This document shows positions 37,661-49,799 of a DNA stretch of 64,000 nt, one piece after another. The DNA comes from Octopus sinensis (taxonomy: Eukaryota). The stretch is taken from NCBI RefSeq assembly GCF_006345805.1, contig NC_042998.1, forward strand, positions 203,360,001 through 203,424,000. Direction: 5' to 3'. Below the pieces are notes generated by a model. It did no database searches, was not told the DNA's origin, and was given only the letters and a program-made list of their open reading frames with translations. Position 1 is the stretch's first letter. Each line of letters begins with the position of its first letter. The position numbers and the translations under genes are program-made.

Positions 37661-38227
37661 CACTTGCGTCGGAAATTAATTAGCACTTCTCAAATTTCTA
37701 CATTTTCTTACATTTTCTTAATTTAATTAACTTATTATCAGAAACGAACTCGTTTTTAATCAAAAATTTATTAAAACATATCCCAGCACACCACATAATT
37801 GTTATTAATCGTGAAATTTAGTCAATATCTTGTTGCTCCTCCTTTGGCAGCAATGACAGCTGCTACGCGGGTCGGCATGCTGTCTATGAGTGCCTGCAGG
37901 TACTGTGCAGGGATGGCCCCTCATGCAGCAAGAAGTGCCCCAAACAGCTCATATCGGTTCCTGTATTGCTGCACATTCAAATCCCTACCCAATCGACTCC
38001 AGAGGTTCTCAATAGGGTTCAGGTCAGGTGACTGGCCAGCACGTACTCCTCACCACCAAAGAGGTATCCTGTACTATCTCAACATACTTTGCTGCGTTGA
38101 TGTTGCCTTCGACGGCATAGAGCCGCCCAACACCACTGTAGCTGAACGCCCCTCACACCATCAGACCACCCCCACCATGCTTCATGGTGAGCAAATCAAG
38201 GGCGCTAATTAATTTCTGACGGTAGTG
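37661..38227 (-). mobile_element. Internally deleted Tc1 element (567 bp)
   Basis: ~27-bp imperfect TIRs (CACTTGCGTCGGAAATTAATTAGCAC vs rc CACTACCGTCAGAAATTAATTAGCGC) with TA on each side. The minus strand encodes AGQSPDLNPIENLW...IDSMPTRVAAVIAAKGGAT, a Tc1 DD34E C-terminus. Confidence 0.92.
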
Positions 38228-41200
38228 TATGTGTGTGTGTTTGTGTGTCTGTGTTTGTCCCCCTAGCATTGCTTGACAACCGATGCTGGTGTGTTTACGT
38301 CCCCGTCACTTAGCGGTTCAGCAAAAGAGACCGATAGAATAAGTACTGGGCTTACAAAGAATAAATCCCGGGGTCGATTTGCTTGACTAAAGGCGGTGCT
38401 CCAGCATAGCCACAGTCAAATGACTAAAACAAGTAAAAGAGTAAGCCTGCCTCCCCTGGATGTTTAATGTCAGTGGGTCTGAAATGATGGAGAAGAAAAC
38501 GGGTACAAATGAAATGGAAGGATAAAGGCAAATGTGAATTTGGTGTTTCAATATTAGTTAGAGAATTACTATTTGTATTCAGGAACAGTACTTTGGAGTA
38601 AAGATTGTTATGTTGGCAAACAATCTCTACTTCAATATTAGTGCCAGGAATGTGACGCCGCTGATGCCACCACCACCACTACTACTACAGGTACAAGGCC
38701 TGAGATTTTAGGAAGGGGTTTCACTGATTACAGTAGACCTTGGCAAAATTTGAATTGAGAATATGAAACCAGAAGACACAGCGCTAACCATTTTGTCTCA
38801 CGATTCACCTCAGCTTAATTGTATTTTACTATGCCAGCCTCGCCTGGCCCCCGTGCCGGTGGTACGTAAAAAGCACCATCCGTCCGTGGCCGTTTGCCAG
38901 CTCCGTCTGACACCTGTGCGGGTGGCATGTAAAAAGCATCCACTACACTCACGGAGTGGTTGGCGTTAGGAAGGGCATCCAGCTGTAGAAACACTGCCAG
39001 ATCAGACTGGGCCTGATGCAGCCTTCAGGCTTCACAGACCCCAGTTGAACCGTCCAACCCATGCTAGCATGGGATGCGGACGCTAAACGATGATGATGAT
39101 GATGATGATTTAACCAAAGGTAGTTTATTTCAACAGATATGGTAATTAAAAAAAAAAAAGGTCAAATTAATTATTACTTCTAACAAGGTCTTCGTTAATT
39201 TGATAAAGTTGCTTCAATATAATAAATCTCTTTAGTTTGATTTGTAATGATTCCCAAGACGAAGAATGCTCAGAGGAATATTTAGGGTATGCTTAATCAG
39301 AATCAGTCTTGTAATCAGCTGAGAGAGTTTGTGTTCTTGCAATTAACCCGTTCATTATTTAATTTTTTCTGGGGTCATCAAAGGTTAGAATTAAGCATGG
39401 AAATCAGGTCAATGATAAAGAAACAGAGATATCAAGAAAGCAGAGTGTATTTGTTGTTGCTATTTGGTTGTTGAGCGAAGCCGTCTTCATCCCAGAGCTC
39501 GCAAGATCGCGCCTCTGTAGTGAGAGAAGTCTGAAACGTGGTCTTTTGCTATTCATAAGACCCGCAGAAGAGAAAGCAGGTCAACCCCCAACACTGAGAG
39601 CATCGACGGATGGATGAATGTGCATCCAGGCTCAGGGGTTGCGTAGGAAGTCAGGGACAAGAAACAGGAAGAAAGAGTGAGAGAAAGTTGGAGCGAAAGA
39701 GTACAACATGAGTCGCCACCACCCCCTGCTGGAGCCTTGTGGAGCTTTAGGTGTTTTCGCTCAATAAACACACACAACGCCCGGTCTGGGAATCAAAACT
39801 GTGATCCTCCGACCGCGAGTCCGCTGCTCTAACCATTGGGCTATTGCGCCTCCACTGCTGTTGTTGTTGTCGGGAAAAACTAACCAACAACAGCTTTTCT
39901 AGAACAAATTTATGTCAGAGTTTTTAATCAAAACATTTAAGAGTCCCTCTTTATTCTCTTCTTTTAAACGGTTGGAGCCATGCAATTCCTCTACAGCAAG
40001 AAACATCTTCTGGCACCTGCTTCCATCATTTCATCTCTCGTCACCCAGCATAAAGTCACCTTCCTCTCCACTGTAACCCAACTTAATCAAAAGAAATCTT
40101 AATCTTGCAAGCTGTTTTGTTCTGAACCCTTCTTTCATATGTTACCCCTACTATCTGATTATAAAGCAACCTCCCTCTTTCAACTGTAAACCCACTGGGA
40201 AAGCAATACAATCATTAAGCGATATGCTGTGCTTGTGAAAACCTGTCGAACTAAGTGAAATCGTGGCCATGGCCAGTGCCAGTGCTGTCTGACTAGCACT
40301 GGTGCTGGTGGCGTGTAAAAAGCACCATTCGAGCATTGGGCCTCATGGAAGCAGTGAGAGGTGACCAAAACCCTTTGCGATATACCATACTTGTGTTGAC
40401 CTGCCAAGCCAAGTGAGATTGTTGTTGTTGTTAAGCAACAAGATGGGTAAGGGTGATTAGGTGATGGTCTAGGGCTTAGGGGCGGGTGACCCCAGACCTT
40501 GGAAAAAAAAAAACTTTGGTTGTCTTGTTGTAGTAGAGGGCTCTTCGTTGACGCCCGACACCACTGGAAGGTGGCCCTCAAAGTCGCTGGAAATGCAGAT
40601 CTTCGGGTCCAAATTCTTGGACAGCAAGTGAGACTGTAGTCATGGCTGGTGCCAGTGTCAGATCAATGGCACCTGTGCCAGTGGCACGTAAAAGGCACCC
40701 ACTACACTCTCGGAGTTGTTGGTGTTAGGAAGGGAATCCAGCTACAGAAACCTTGCCAAATCAGAATGGAACCAGTTCTCAGTCAATCCATGTCAGCATG
40801 GAAGATGGACAATGATGACGATGATATATCAATCTGTAGATCTTACTTAATGTGGCTATACTAAGAGAAAGCCTGATAAACTGTGGTATTTGTCTTGAGA
40901 AAGCATCTTGTATAGATGTATAAGTGTCACAATGGAACAGAAGCATCAGAAAGACACATGTAAAACGTCCAGCACCTATGGTAGAACTGCTGGATCACAG
41001 GACTTCTGTGAAATTGTGTGTCACCAGAAATCTATTTAAGATTCACTTCAATTATGGAAGAGCTTCAACCGGTGTATCCTTTGTCATGGAATTACCAGCA
41101 GAAATGGTTCTTATTCGAAATGGTTAGTCATAAACTGAGGAATTGGTTTGTTCCCAGTTTGGGTCTTGTATAGGATGTTGACAAGCCACAAAAATGGCAA

Positions 41201-41399
41201 AATATCGGTATCCATTGCGCCTGGATGGGACTAGGGGTCAGTTATCTCACCTGTCTATGAGTTTCAGGTGTTTTAACACCCAGTGCGATGAAGAGGGAGT
41301 CATCCCCAGAGCCCTGCACCACAGCAAACCAGCCAGCAAGCAAAACACAAACATTGCGTATGTGTGGTTGATAATGTTTACAACACTTGTACTGCTTTG

Positions 41400-43700
41400 A
41401 ATTCATAATTCATCATCATCGTTTAATGTCCGTCTTCCCTGTTGAACAACATCCGATGCCTTTTATACCCAGTTTTTCTCTTAAATCATTTACACTCTGT
41501 CGTGCATTCACACTGACATTACCCATCCAAGTGGAACATGCTGGCCTCATTTCTTTAAAGCCTTCACAAGTCCTCTGTAGCCAAAGCCCATGTTTTACTG
41601 CCATGCAACATAGCTGTACATAGAAAGGCATCATACAGTCTGCTTTTCACTCTGGAGGAGAGAAGCCCTTAGTTACCAACAGAGGCAGAAGTTCTCTGAA
41701 CTTTGCCCAGCCTGTTCTTATTCGAACAACGATGTGTTCAGAACTTCCTCCTCTACTGCTGCTAATTTAGTCACCAAGGTAACAGAAGCTACCTGCTACT
41801 TCTAATGCCCCACCCTCACCCACCAAGCATTTGAGGGAGTCTACTGTCTGTGCATTTTTAGTGCTTATTGTACCTGCACATTTGCCACACACAAAGGCTA
41901 TATTTTCCGTTAACCTTCCTGTGATACCACTGCACCTCTTACGTGTCCAAAGCTTGTACTGGATCCAATGTATGGGGGTTCTACCAACTCCCTTCTTGCC
42001 TACTGAACAGAGCCCAGAAAGGATTTGTGATTTGTCTGTTTTTCTACTCACTAGGATTTTGGGGTTTTGCCCAGTGAACCCCAAGTCCCTTAGATTCCAG
42101 ACTTTATTTCCTCACCTGAAATGTCTTCTTTAGGTCAGGTAGTGATTCAGCTATAAGAACAAGGTCATCAGTGTAGTGGAGCTGACAGCTGGACTTGAAT
42201 TCCTCTGTTAAGGCCTGGATGTCTAAAGATGCTAAGAAGAGAACCTTGGTGAACTCTTGCCTGTACACTGACTTCATTGCTATACTCATTGCCATCCTTC
42301 ACCTTACTGGCAGCATCCCTGTACATGGTTTGTACTGCTTTTACTAACCAGATAAGGGAGCAAGAGACCCTGTCATTTGACTAAATATTTCTACTGCAGT
42401 AGCCTGACCAAGAATATAGCATCATTCTATTTCTTTACTACCCAGAAGGGGCTAAACACAGAGGAGACAAACAAGGACAGACAAAGGGATTAAGTCGATT
42501 ATATCAACCCCAGTGCGTAACTGGTACTTAATTTATCAACCCCGAAAGGATGAAAGGCAAAGTCGACCTCAACAGAATTTGAACTCAGAAATACCGCTAA
42601 GCATTTTGCCCAGCGTGCTAACGTTTCTGCCAGCTCACCGCCTTATATATAGCATCATTCACGCTCCATCCTGGCAGAAATCTGAACTGCATCTAATTAA
42701 TCTCTCCCTAATTAATTGAGCTATGACCATTTCTATGACTTTCATCACCTGGTCCAGCAATTTGATGCCTCTATAATTATTCCTGTCCACAGCATCACCT
42801 TTGTCTTTGTAGCAGTTGACTATGATGCTGCTACACCAACCGTTGGGCGTGACTCTCGTGTACAACCTTATTAACAATACAGGTGACTAGGCCATATCCT
42901 ACTCCACCAGATATTTTAAGCATCTCAACGGTGATTCCTGATGGGCCAGGGGCTTTCCCTGACTTCATATCCTTAATTGCTTTATCTAAGAAGCTACTCT
43001 TGATCTGGATAGCTGGTCCTTCAGTCGGGTCTACATTCATCAGTCTCACCTCCTCCCATTCATTCTTCACATGAAGCAGCCTTTCATAATGGCGTTTCCA
43101 AGCCTCTTTCTTTGCAGGGTCATTAAATGCAAGTGAACCATCATCCATGCAGACACATTTATCTGCTATGACATCACGATTTTCTCTCACACACTGTCTT
43201 GCAATCCAAAACACTTCAAGTCCTCACATCACAGAACATTGGCAAACTTCTTTTCTGTTTCTCACCTGGTGAAATATACCAGCCTCCTAGCTTCCCTTCT
43301 GGTGATCTGATACAGTTCCCTGCTACCACCACACTTCCAGTCCTTCTAGGTCTTTTTTTTTTTTTTCCTCTAATGACCCTGTCAACTACACTATTCCACC
43401 ATTATGTCACCTTAGGTCAAGAAGGGACTTTGCACCAACCACAGATCTGGTCAGTTGTCCTGTAAGAACCTCCAGTTTTCCTCCACATTATATGTCATTA
43501 TATCCCCCTATTATTTTCGTCAAATGTTTCAAATAACAAGTCTCTAAATCGTTGACCATTCAGGGGAACCTTAAGTTTCCAGATCTTTCTTTCCCACCCT
43601 GGTTGTCTTTAGCTAAATCACCATCAAACCACATTAGTTAATGTAGATACACTCCCCTCAAAAAACAGATAGGACAGTCACATCTGGAATGCTTTGATCG
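41400..43700 (-). mobile_element. Degenerate RTE LINE copy
   Basis: KAIKDMKSGKAPGPSGI, WCSSIIVNCYKDKGDAVDRNNYRGIKLL, YTDDLVLIAES, FVCGKC and FCYLGD fragments with frameshifts. Confidence 0.85.
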
Positions 43701-43985
43701 GATGTGTTTCTGAGCAATATTATTATCGTAGCTGGGAAATATATGACTGGCGATTCAGATTTTATTGAAAGAGAGACCAGATGCGAGCAGGGGCCGTCGT
43801 TGGTAATTTCAGGCGAAGGGATTACGCAGATTTATATCATCAAACAAAAACCAACACACACACACGTGCGCGCTTATATTTAAATAGTACAAATTTTCGT
43901 ATCGCCAAAATAAGGTGAACTGGCCCCTGTTTCTGTTCCAGCTGTAGTTATTTCCCTTCCCTCTTTATTTAGCATTATGTCTTAC

Positions 43986-44150
43986 CGAAGAAAACATACA
44001 AGTGGCTGATGTCACTTAATTAATCACTTAATTTGCTAGGTAATGTTGATAACGAATAAAGGGAAAAACTACTTAATGTCTGTTGCTCTATTCAGTTATC
44101 GGTGAATTAAACAGCTTATCGGGGGCTGTTTATAAATTTATTTTCGATGA
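43986..44150 (-). promoter_or_regulatory. Candidate non-coding first exon / promoter region of HLCS
   Basis: Consensus minus-strand donor TCG|GTAAGA at 43985 in unique, CpG-retaining sequence. The ATG-containing exon has a splice acceptor, so an upstream exon must exist. The upper boundary is a guess. Confidence 0.4.
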
Positions 44151-46719
44151 GGTGAGTTCTGGGGCGAACCAAATCGATAGCTTGTCGTTCGATTTACAGA
44201 TCAGAACCGACTGTCTCACGTTACAATGCCCTTGATTAAAAGTCGTGGATGACCTCACCCAGAGACTCGCTGAGGTCACTGAAGCATCACGTATTGAACA
44301 TTAGGTAGGTTCGCCATGCCGCTGTTCAACGACTGGACGAGATTACGAGTAAAACTGACAGACAAGATAACCAGAGGGATTCAATTATGCCCTTTTTGCT
44401 TTCTAGGTTCAAACCCCACTGATGTCGACTTAACCCAATTTTTCCTTTGGGGTTAATAAAACAACAGCAATCTACGAAAGTCGATTTAATTCACACACCT
44501 TCCTCCCTTTATTTCTATACATTTGTAGCAGTATAGGAAATTGTTCTTCTATTTCGGTATCAGTGCCTTACCGAAAACTGCGCTTTGGGAATGGCTCATC
44601 CTACATTTTGAACAATAACATTTGTTGATTTTTTTTTAAACTCTTATCAAATAACTACTTTTCTTTAAATTACGAACAAGTTTCTTGTTAAAAATTTTAA
44701 TGTACCCGCATTTATGTTCCTATCGAAATACATACAAGAGATGAAGTAATTTGTATGTATGTGTGTGTATGTATGTGTATATATATATATATATTGTCAA
44801 TAAAAAAGGGTAAAATTAATTAATTTGACCGAGCAGTGTTCGGTATGTAAAACGACCATTTACGGTATATTTGAAATATTACTTTATAAAAATAGGGTTC
44901 AGTAAAATAATTTACTTTACCACATACCGAACTTTTTAGAAATAGCAGCCAAAAATGTGGCTATTTCTTCTACTGCAAGAAAAGTCTCCCAGACAATGCA
45001 TACTCAGAAATAACTCACATAGGTATAAGGGAAAAACAACGCAAGATCACATCCATATATATATATATATATAATTAGGGTTAAGCAGCAAGTTGCTTAG
45101 CCACATACCGAAAATTTAGAAATAGCAGCCAAAGACCGCTTATTCCTATTTACTAAAGATATAGCTCCACATATAACATGACTTGTAACTCACATAGGCA
45201 AATATATATACACACATATATATATACATATATATGTTTAGAACAAGTATTTAACAAGTAAAAAATAAACGTAGCGATACAATAAGGGGTATATATGTAA
45301 GTTCGGTTGTCATTCTGGTTTCTATATTTCTCCGTACACCCGTCATTAACCATCCGTTGTACCGGCTTAATTAGCTTAATTAGCAGGCATTTATTCTAAG
45401 CTTCAGATGGAATATATTTGTTCAGTAAATAATGTATTTAAGTCGCTGTTTTATGGCTGGTGTCGCTTATAAGTGACACAAACATGTAACAGCAATGTTG
45501 AAAAGCACACAAAGGTCTGAGGCTGAATTAAAGAGTCGTTGGAAAGAAATTTAATATGGAACTATTTATTATTCACGAAAAATGTTTACCCTTGTGCAAA
45601 AATTTAAAGAACGAAAGAGCAAGATAAAATAAAATAAAGATAAAATATCTTGAAGGTAAATTAGAGAATTCCTTGTGTGTAACCCTGTGAAGCCGGTATG
45701 TTTGGTGAAAACATGTTTGTTCTACGGAGATTGTCTTGAATGGGGCCCTAATATTATTGTAACTAAAATTCTGATGTTTTTAAAAAATTTTTTTTTATTG
45801 GACTTAAAAACCTTGATACTATAAAAGAGGTCCCTGTTGGGTCCGCAAGGGACTCTCGGATGCTCGAAATAACAGCCAAACTCTATCCTCAAAATCACAC
45901 CTTTTAGATTAACATAAAAAAATTAGATATATTGAGCAATGTAATCTTGGATATACATAGAGCAGTCATGGCTGGAAAGCCTTTGAGAACATAAGCTGAT
46001 TGAAGGCGAACCTGGGGTTAAACATCAGAAAGATAAGATTCAAAATCGTTAGCATGCCGGGCGAAATGCTTTACGTTCTGAGTTCAAATTCTGCCGAGGT
46101 CGACTTTGCCTTTCATCCTTTCGGGGCCGCTTAAATAAGTACCAGTTACGCACTGAGGTTCATATAATCGACTTAATCCGTTTGTCTGTCCTTGTTTGTC
46201 CCCTCTGTGTTTAGCCCCTTGTGGGCAATAAAGAAATAGGAATATTCATTAACAAAATTAAGGTGTAATCAAGAGAGGGATTGGTGAGGCGAAGAAGGTC
46301 GAGGAACAATTAATTATAGAATTAATTAACTAACATAGATAATTACTCATTTTACTTGAGATAAAATCAAATAAAATCACGATATCGATTCGTTTGAGTT
46401 TCGGCAGGTGTGTTAACAGGAAAGGCTTACCTTAATTAACGTTAGACCATGGCTTTTGTTTTTGCTCGTTGCTGGGAAATGTGGCTTCTTTGGCAGATAA
46501 ATGTCGACTATTTTGATATATATATTCTTTACAGTGTTAATATCGTTGAAGAGATTTATGCAAAAACTGCAACAACAACAATAACAGCTGCAATAATAAA
46601 CAATAACAAAGGAGACGACAATGTGGATTTGTAATGCAAGGTGCGATAAGAGAAAGCGGTGTTCAACCACATAGTGTACCTTTTGTAGTGATTATCCGGC
46701 ACAGACGCACATCATTTCT

Positions 46720-47290
46720 CTGGCCGGGCGAAATGCGGAGCCGTAGTTCGCCTGCCGCTACTTTCTGAGTTCAAATTCCGCCGAGGTCGACTTTGCCTTT
46801 CATCCATTCGGGGTCGAATAAATAAGTATCAGTTACTCACTGGGGTCGATGTAATCGACTTAATCTGTTTGTCTGTCCTTGTTTGTCCCCTCTGTTTTTA
46901 GCCCCTTGTGGGTAGTAAAGAAATGCGTAGCCGTATTTCGCCGGTCGCTACGTTCTGAGTTCAAATTCCGCCGAGGTCGACTTTGCCTTTCATCCTTTCG
47001 GGGTCGAATAAATAAGTACCAGTTACTCACTGGGGTCGATGTAATCGACTTAATCTGTTTGTCTGTCCTTGTTTGTCCCCTCTGTTTTTAGCCCCTTTGT
47101 GGGTAGTAAAGAAATAGGTATTTCGTCTGTTTTTACATTCTGAGTTCAAATTACGCCGAGGTCGACTTTGTCTTTCATCCTTTCGGGGTCGATAAATAAA
47201 GTACCAGTTACGCACTGGGGTCGATATAATCGACTTAATCCCTTTGTTTGTCCCTCTATGTTCATCCCCTGGTGGGCAATAAAGAAATAC
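46720..47290 (+). mobile_element. Head-to-tail trimer of SINE family C
   Basis: Three consecutive copies of TTCTGAGTTCAAATT...GTCGA...GTTTGTCCCCTCT...AAAGAAAT. Confidence 0.9.
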
Positions 47291-47409
47291 ATTTCATAAG
47301 TGATTTTTACATCAGTCTTTTTATTGTTAAATCATATTTTTTATGATTTTATGATTTTATTCGTAATTTTGATGTTTCAGATTTGCTACAAAGGACGTAG
47401 TTTGGTAGA

Positions 47410-47772
47410 GTGGAGGCGCAATGGCCCAGTGGTTAGGGCAGCGGACTCGCGGTCATAGGATCGCGGTTTCGATTCCCAGACTGGGCGTTGTGAGTGTTTA
47501 TTGAGCGAAAACACCTAAAAGCTCCACGAGGCTCCGACAGGGGATGGTGGTGATCCCTGCTGTACTCTTTCACCACAACTTTCTCTCACTCTTACTTCCT
47601 GTTTCTGTTGTACCTGTGTTTCAAAAGGGCCGGCCTTGTCACTCTCTGGTACACTAAGGGTACACGTGTCTGTGGAGTGCTCAGCCACTTACACGTTAAT
47701 TTCACGAGCAGGCTGTTCCGTTCATTCGGATCAACCGGAACCCTCGTCGTCGTAACCGACGGAGTGCTTCCA
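47410..47772 (+). mobile_element. tRNA-headed SINE family H (also ~39480-39855 on minus and ~60334-60622 on plus)
   Basis: GGCGCAATGGCCCAGTGGTTAGGGCAGCGGACTCGCGGTC...TTCGATTCCC head followed by a shared non-tRNA body (GTTTATTGAGCGAAAACACCTAAAAGCTCCAC). Confidence 0.8.
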
Positions 47773-48334
47773 TAATCCAGTTTGGCAGACTGTAAGTGCC
47801 ACGCCTATGAATCGGTACACCAATAAGCCTGTCCCACCTCATATCTTTCAGAAAAATGGATATTTTTTAATGAAATTTTCTACAAATACGTTTCAATTGG
47901 AGAAGACTACGATTATTTCGGAATTTGTTGGGAAAATTAATTCGGATGCGAGTAAAGGGAGTTTCAGATATTTCACACACCTCGACTTTATTTCCTCATA
48001 CGTTTTGATTACTATTATGTTGAAAAGAAAATTACTTTTCTGGACAATTCCCCATTTTACATTCTGGAATTTGTTTAAAGTACATTTGGGATCTTTTCAC
48101 TTTGACCGGCAGATTTTTAAAATAATTTCTTTGTAACTAAACACTTTTAAACTTCGTATACTGGTAGAATGTGTCACATAAAACATCTTTTTCTCTTGGC
48201 TTTCTTGAGAAAATTCTGTAGTTTGTAAACTATTTGTTGTTTAATTTCTTGCATTTCGGTAATTTCAACCAATCAATGACGTCTATTGAGGTGAATACAA
48301 TTTCTGCCGTAGGTTGTCAACAACATTGTTGTCA

Positions 48335-49240
48335 ACAACAGCTGAGCGCCTATACTCTCTAGGCAAAGATATTTTGAGGGGCCAAGAGAAGTAGCCTGTC
48401 AGATGGTAACTTTGAGATGTTCTCGTTTATGAAGGGCAACCAGCATCAGGTCGAGGCGATGGAGAAGGCCCAGCCAGAGTAGTACACCTTGATCATCATC
48501 TGACTCTGTTGCTGTCCTCAGCAACCTGTTGAAGAAGAATAGGGGATGATACAACTGAAGCTGCAGACCTTCATTGATTCTGATGTCGGCTTCCTGAAGG
48601 AGTACACCCAGGTGATGTCTGATGTTGCCGAGGCCTGGGATAAAATCCAGCGGGTGGACCAGGCCTATCTCGGGAGCCTTCTGCCAACTGCGGCGGCTAC
48701 TGTCATGAAGTTGAAGGAGGCCAAACATCTCCTGTCCTGCAGTCCTCTGGTAGACGCGTTAATGGCAGGCATCACGAAATGGTTTGGGCTCCTCCTAGAA
48801 GACCTAAACGCCATGGAGAACCTTAAAGGAGACCAACGAGGAGCAACACCGCCAGCAGTGAGGATGAGGAAGATGATTTCTTCAGCAACATCACTAGGTT
48901 CCGGGAGAGCAGGAGCCACAGGTCACTGAAGTCCAAGCTGCAGGATTTGGTGAAGACCTGGCTGGAGGCCGTCTCGAAGAAGGTCCTGACGGAAGTTGCC
49001 TTTTGGGGTGAGCAGATCTTGATCGACATGTTCACCAATTATAACACTGCCATTCCATCCAGTGCTGCAGTTGAGCGCCTATACTCTATTGACAAAGATA
49101 TTTTGAGGGGCCAAGAGAGGTACCCTGTCAGATGGTGACTTTGAAATGTTCTTGTTTATGAAGGGCAACCAGCATCAGGTCGAGGCAATGGAGAAGGCCC
49201 AGCCAGAGTAGTACACCTCGATCATCACCTGAGTTTGACA
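48335..49240 (+). mobile_element. hAT-superfamily transposase remnant
   Basis: FLKEYTQVMSDVAEAWDKIQ...YLGSLLPT and NYNTAIPSSAAVERLYS match the hAT C-terminal dimerisation motif. Frameshifted, no TIR identified. Confidence 0.8.
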
Positions 49241-49574
49241 TGATACCCATGCTATACCTTTTATGATTCGTTTAGTACTTTTTTGTACAGTAATTAATGT
49301 GTATGTTGATTGAAAAACTAACGTTTAATTTCGTTTGTTCATTTAACTATTTACGTACACCTTGATCACCATTTGATCTTGGCATGCTATACCTGTTTGG
49401 AAAGCTCTATGTCTAAGCCACATGAAAATTTCAGCAATCTAGGTCTGATTTGAAGGGTTTTAGAGACGGAAAAAAAGCGAAGCTAAATTCATAAAAGTTG
49501 GCGATTATCAGTTGTCAGTATCGCCCACTGTTTTCGCTTTATTTCTTGGTTTAAGAGGTGCTCTCTCAGTGTTT

Positions 49575-49687
<113 letters not shown>

Positions 49688-49799
49688 GTTCAGACTACCG
49701 TCTTAGAGCCAGAAGGACTCAGAAAACCAAACCGGTCTGGAAAATGAAGAAATGGAATCTCAATGACCCAGCAATTGGAAGTTTTTACAGAACGGCCTA

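Noticed and set aside
47410-47485. tRNA gene (also the heads of SINE-B, SINE-C and the repeat at ~36121)
   Set aside because: A/B-box-like motifs are present, but there is no acceptor stem or clean anticodon arm, and each continues into a SINE body.
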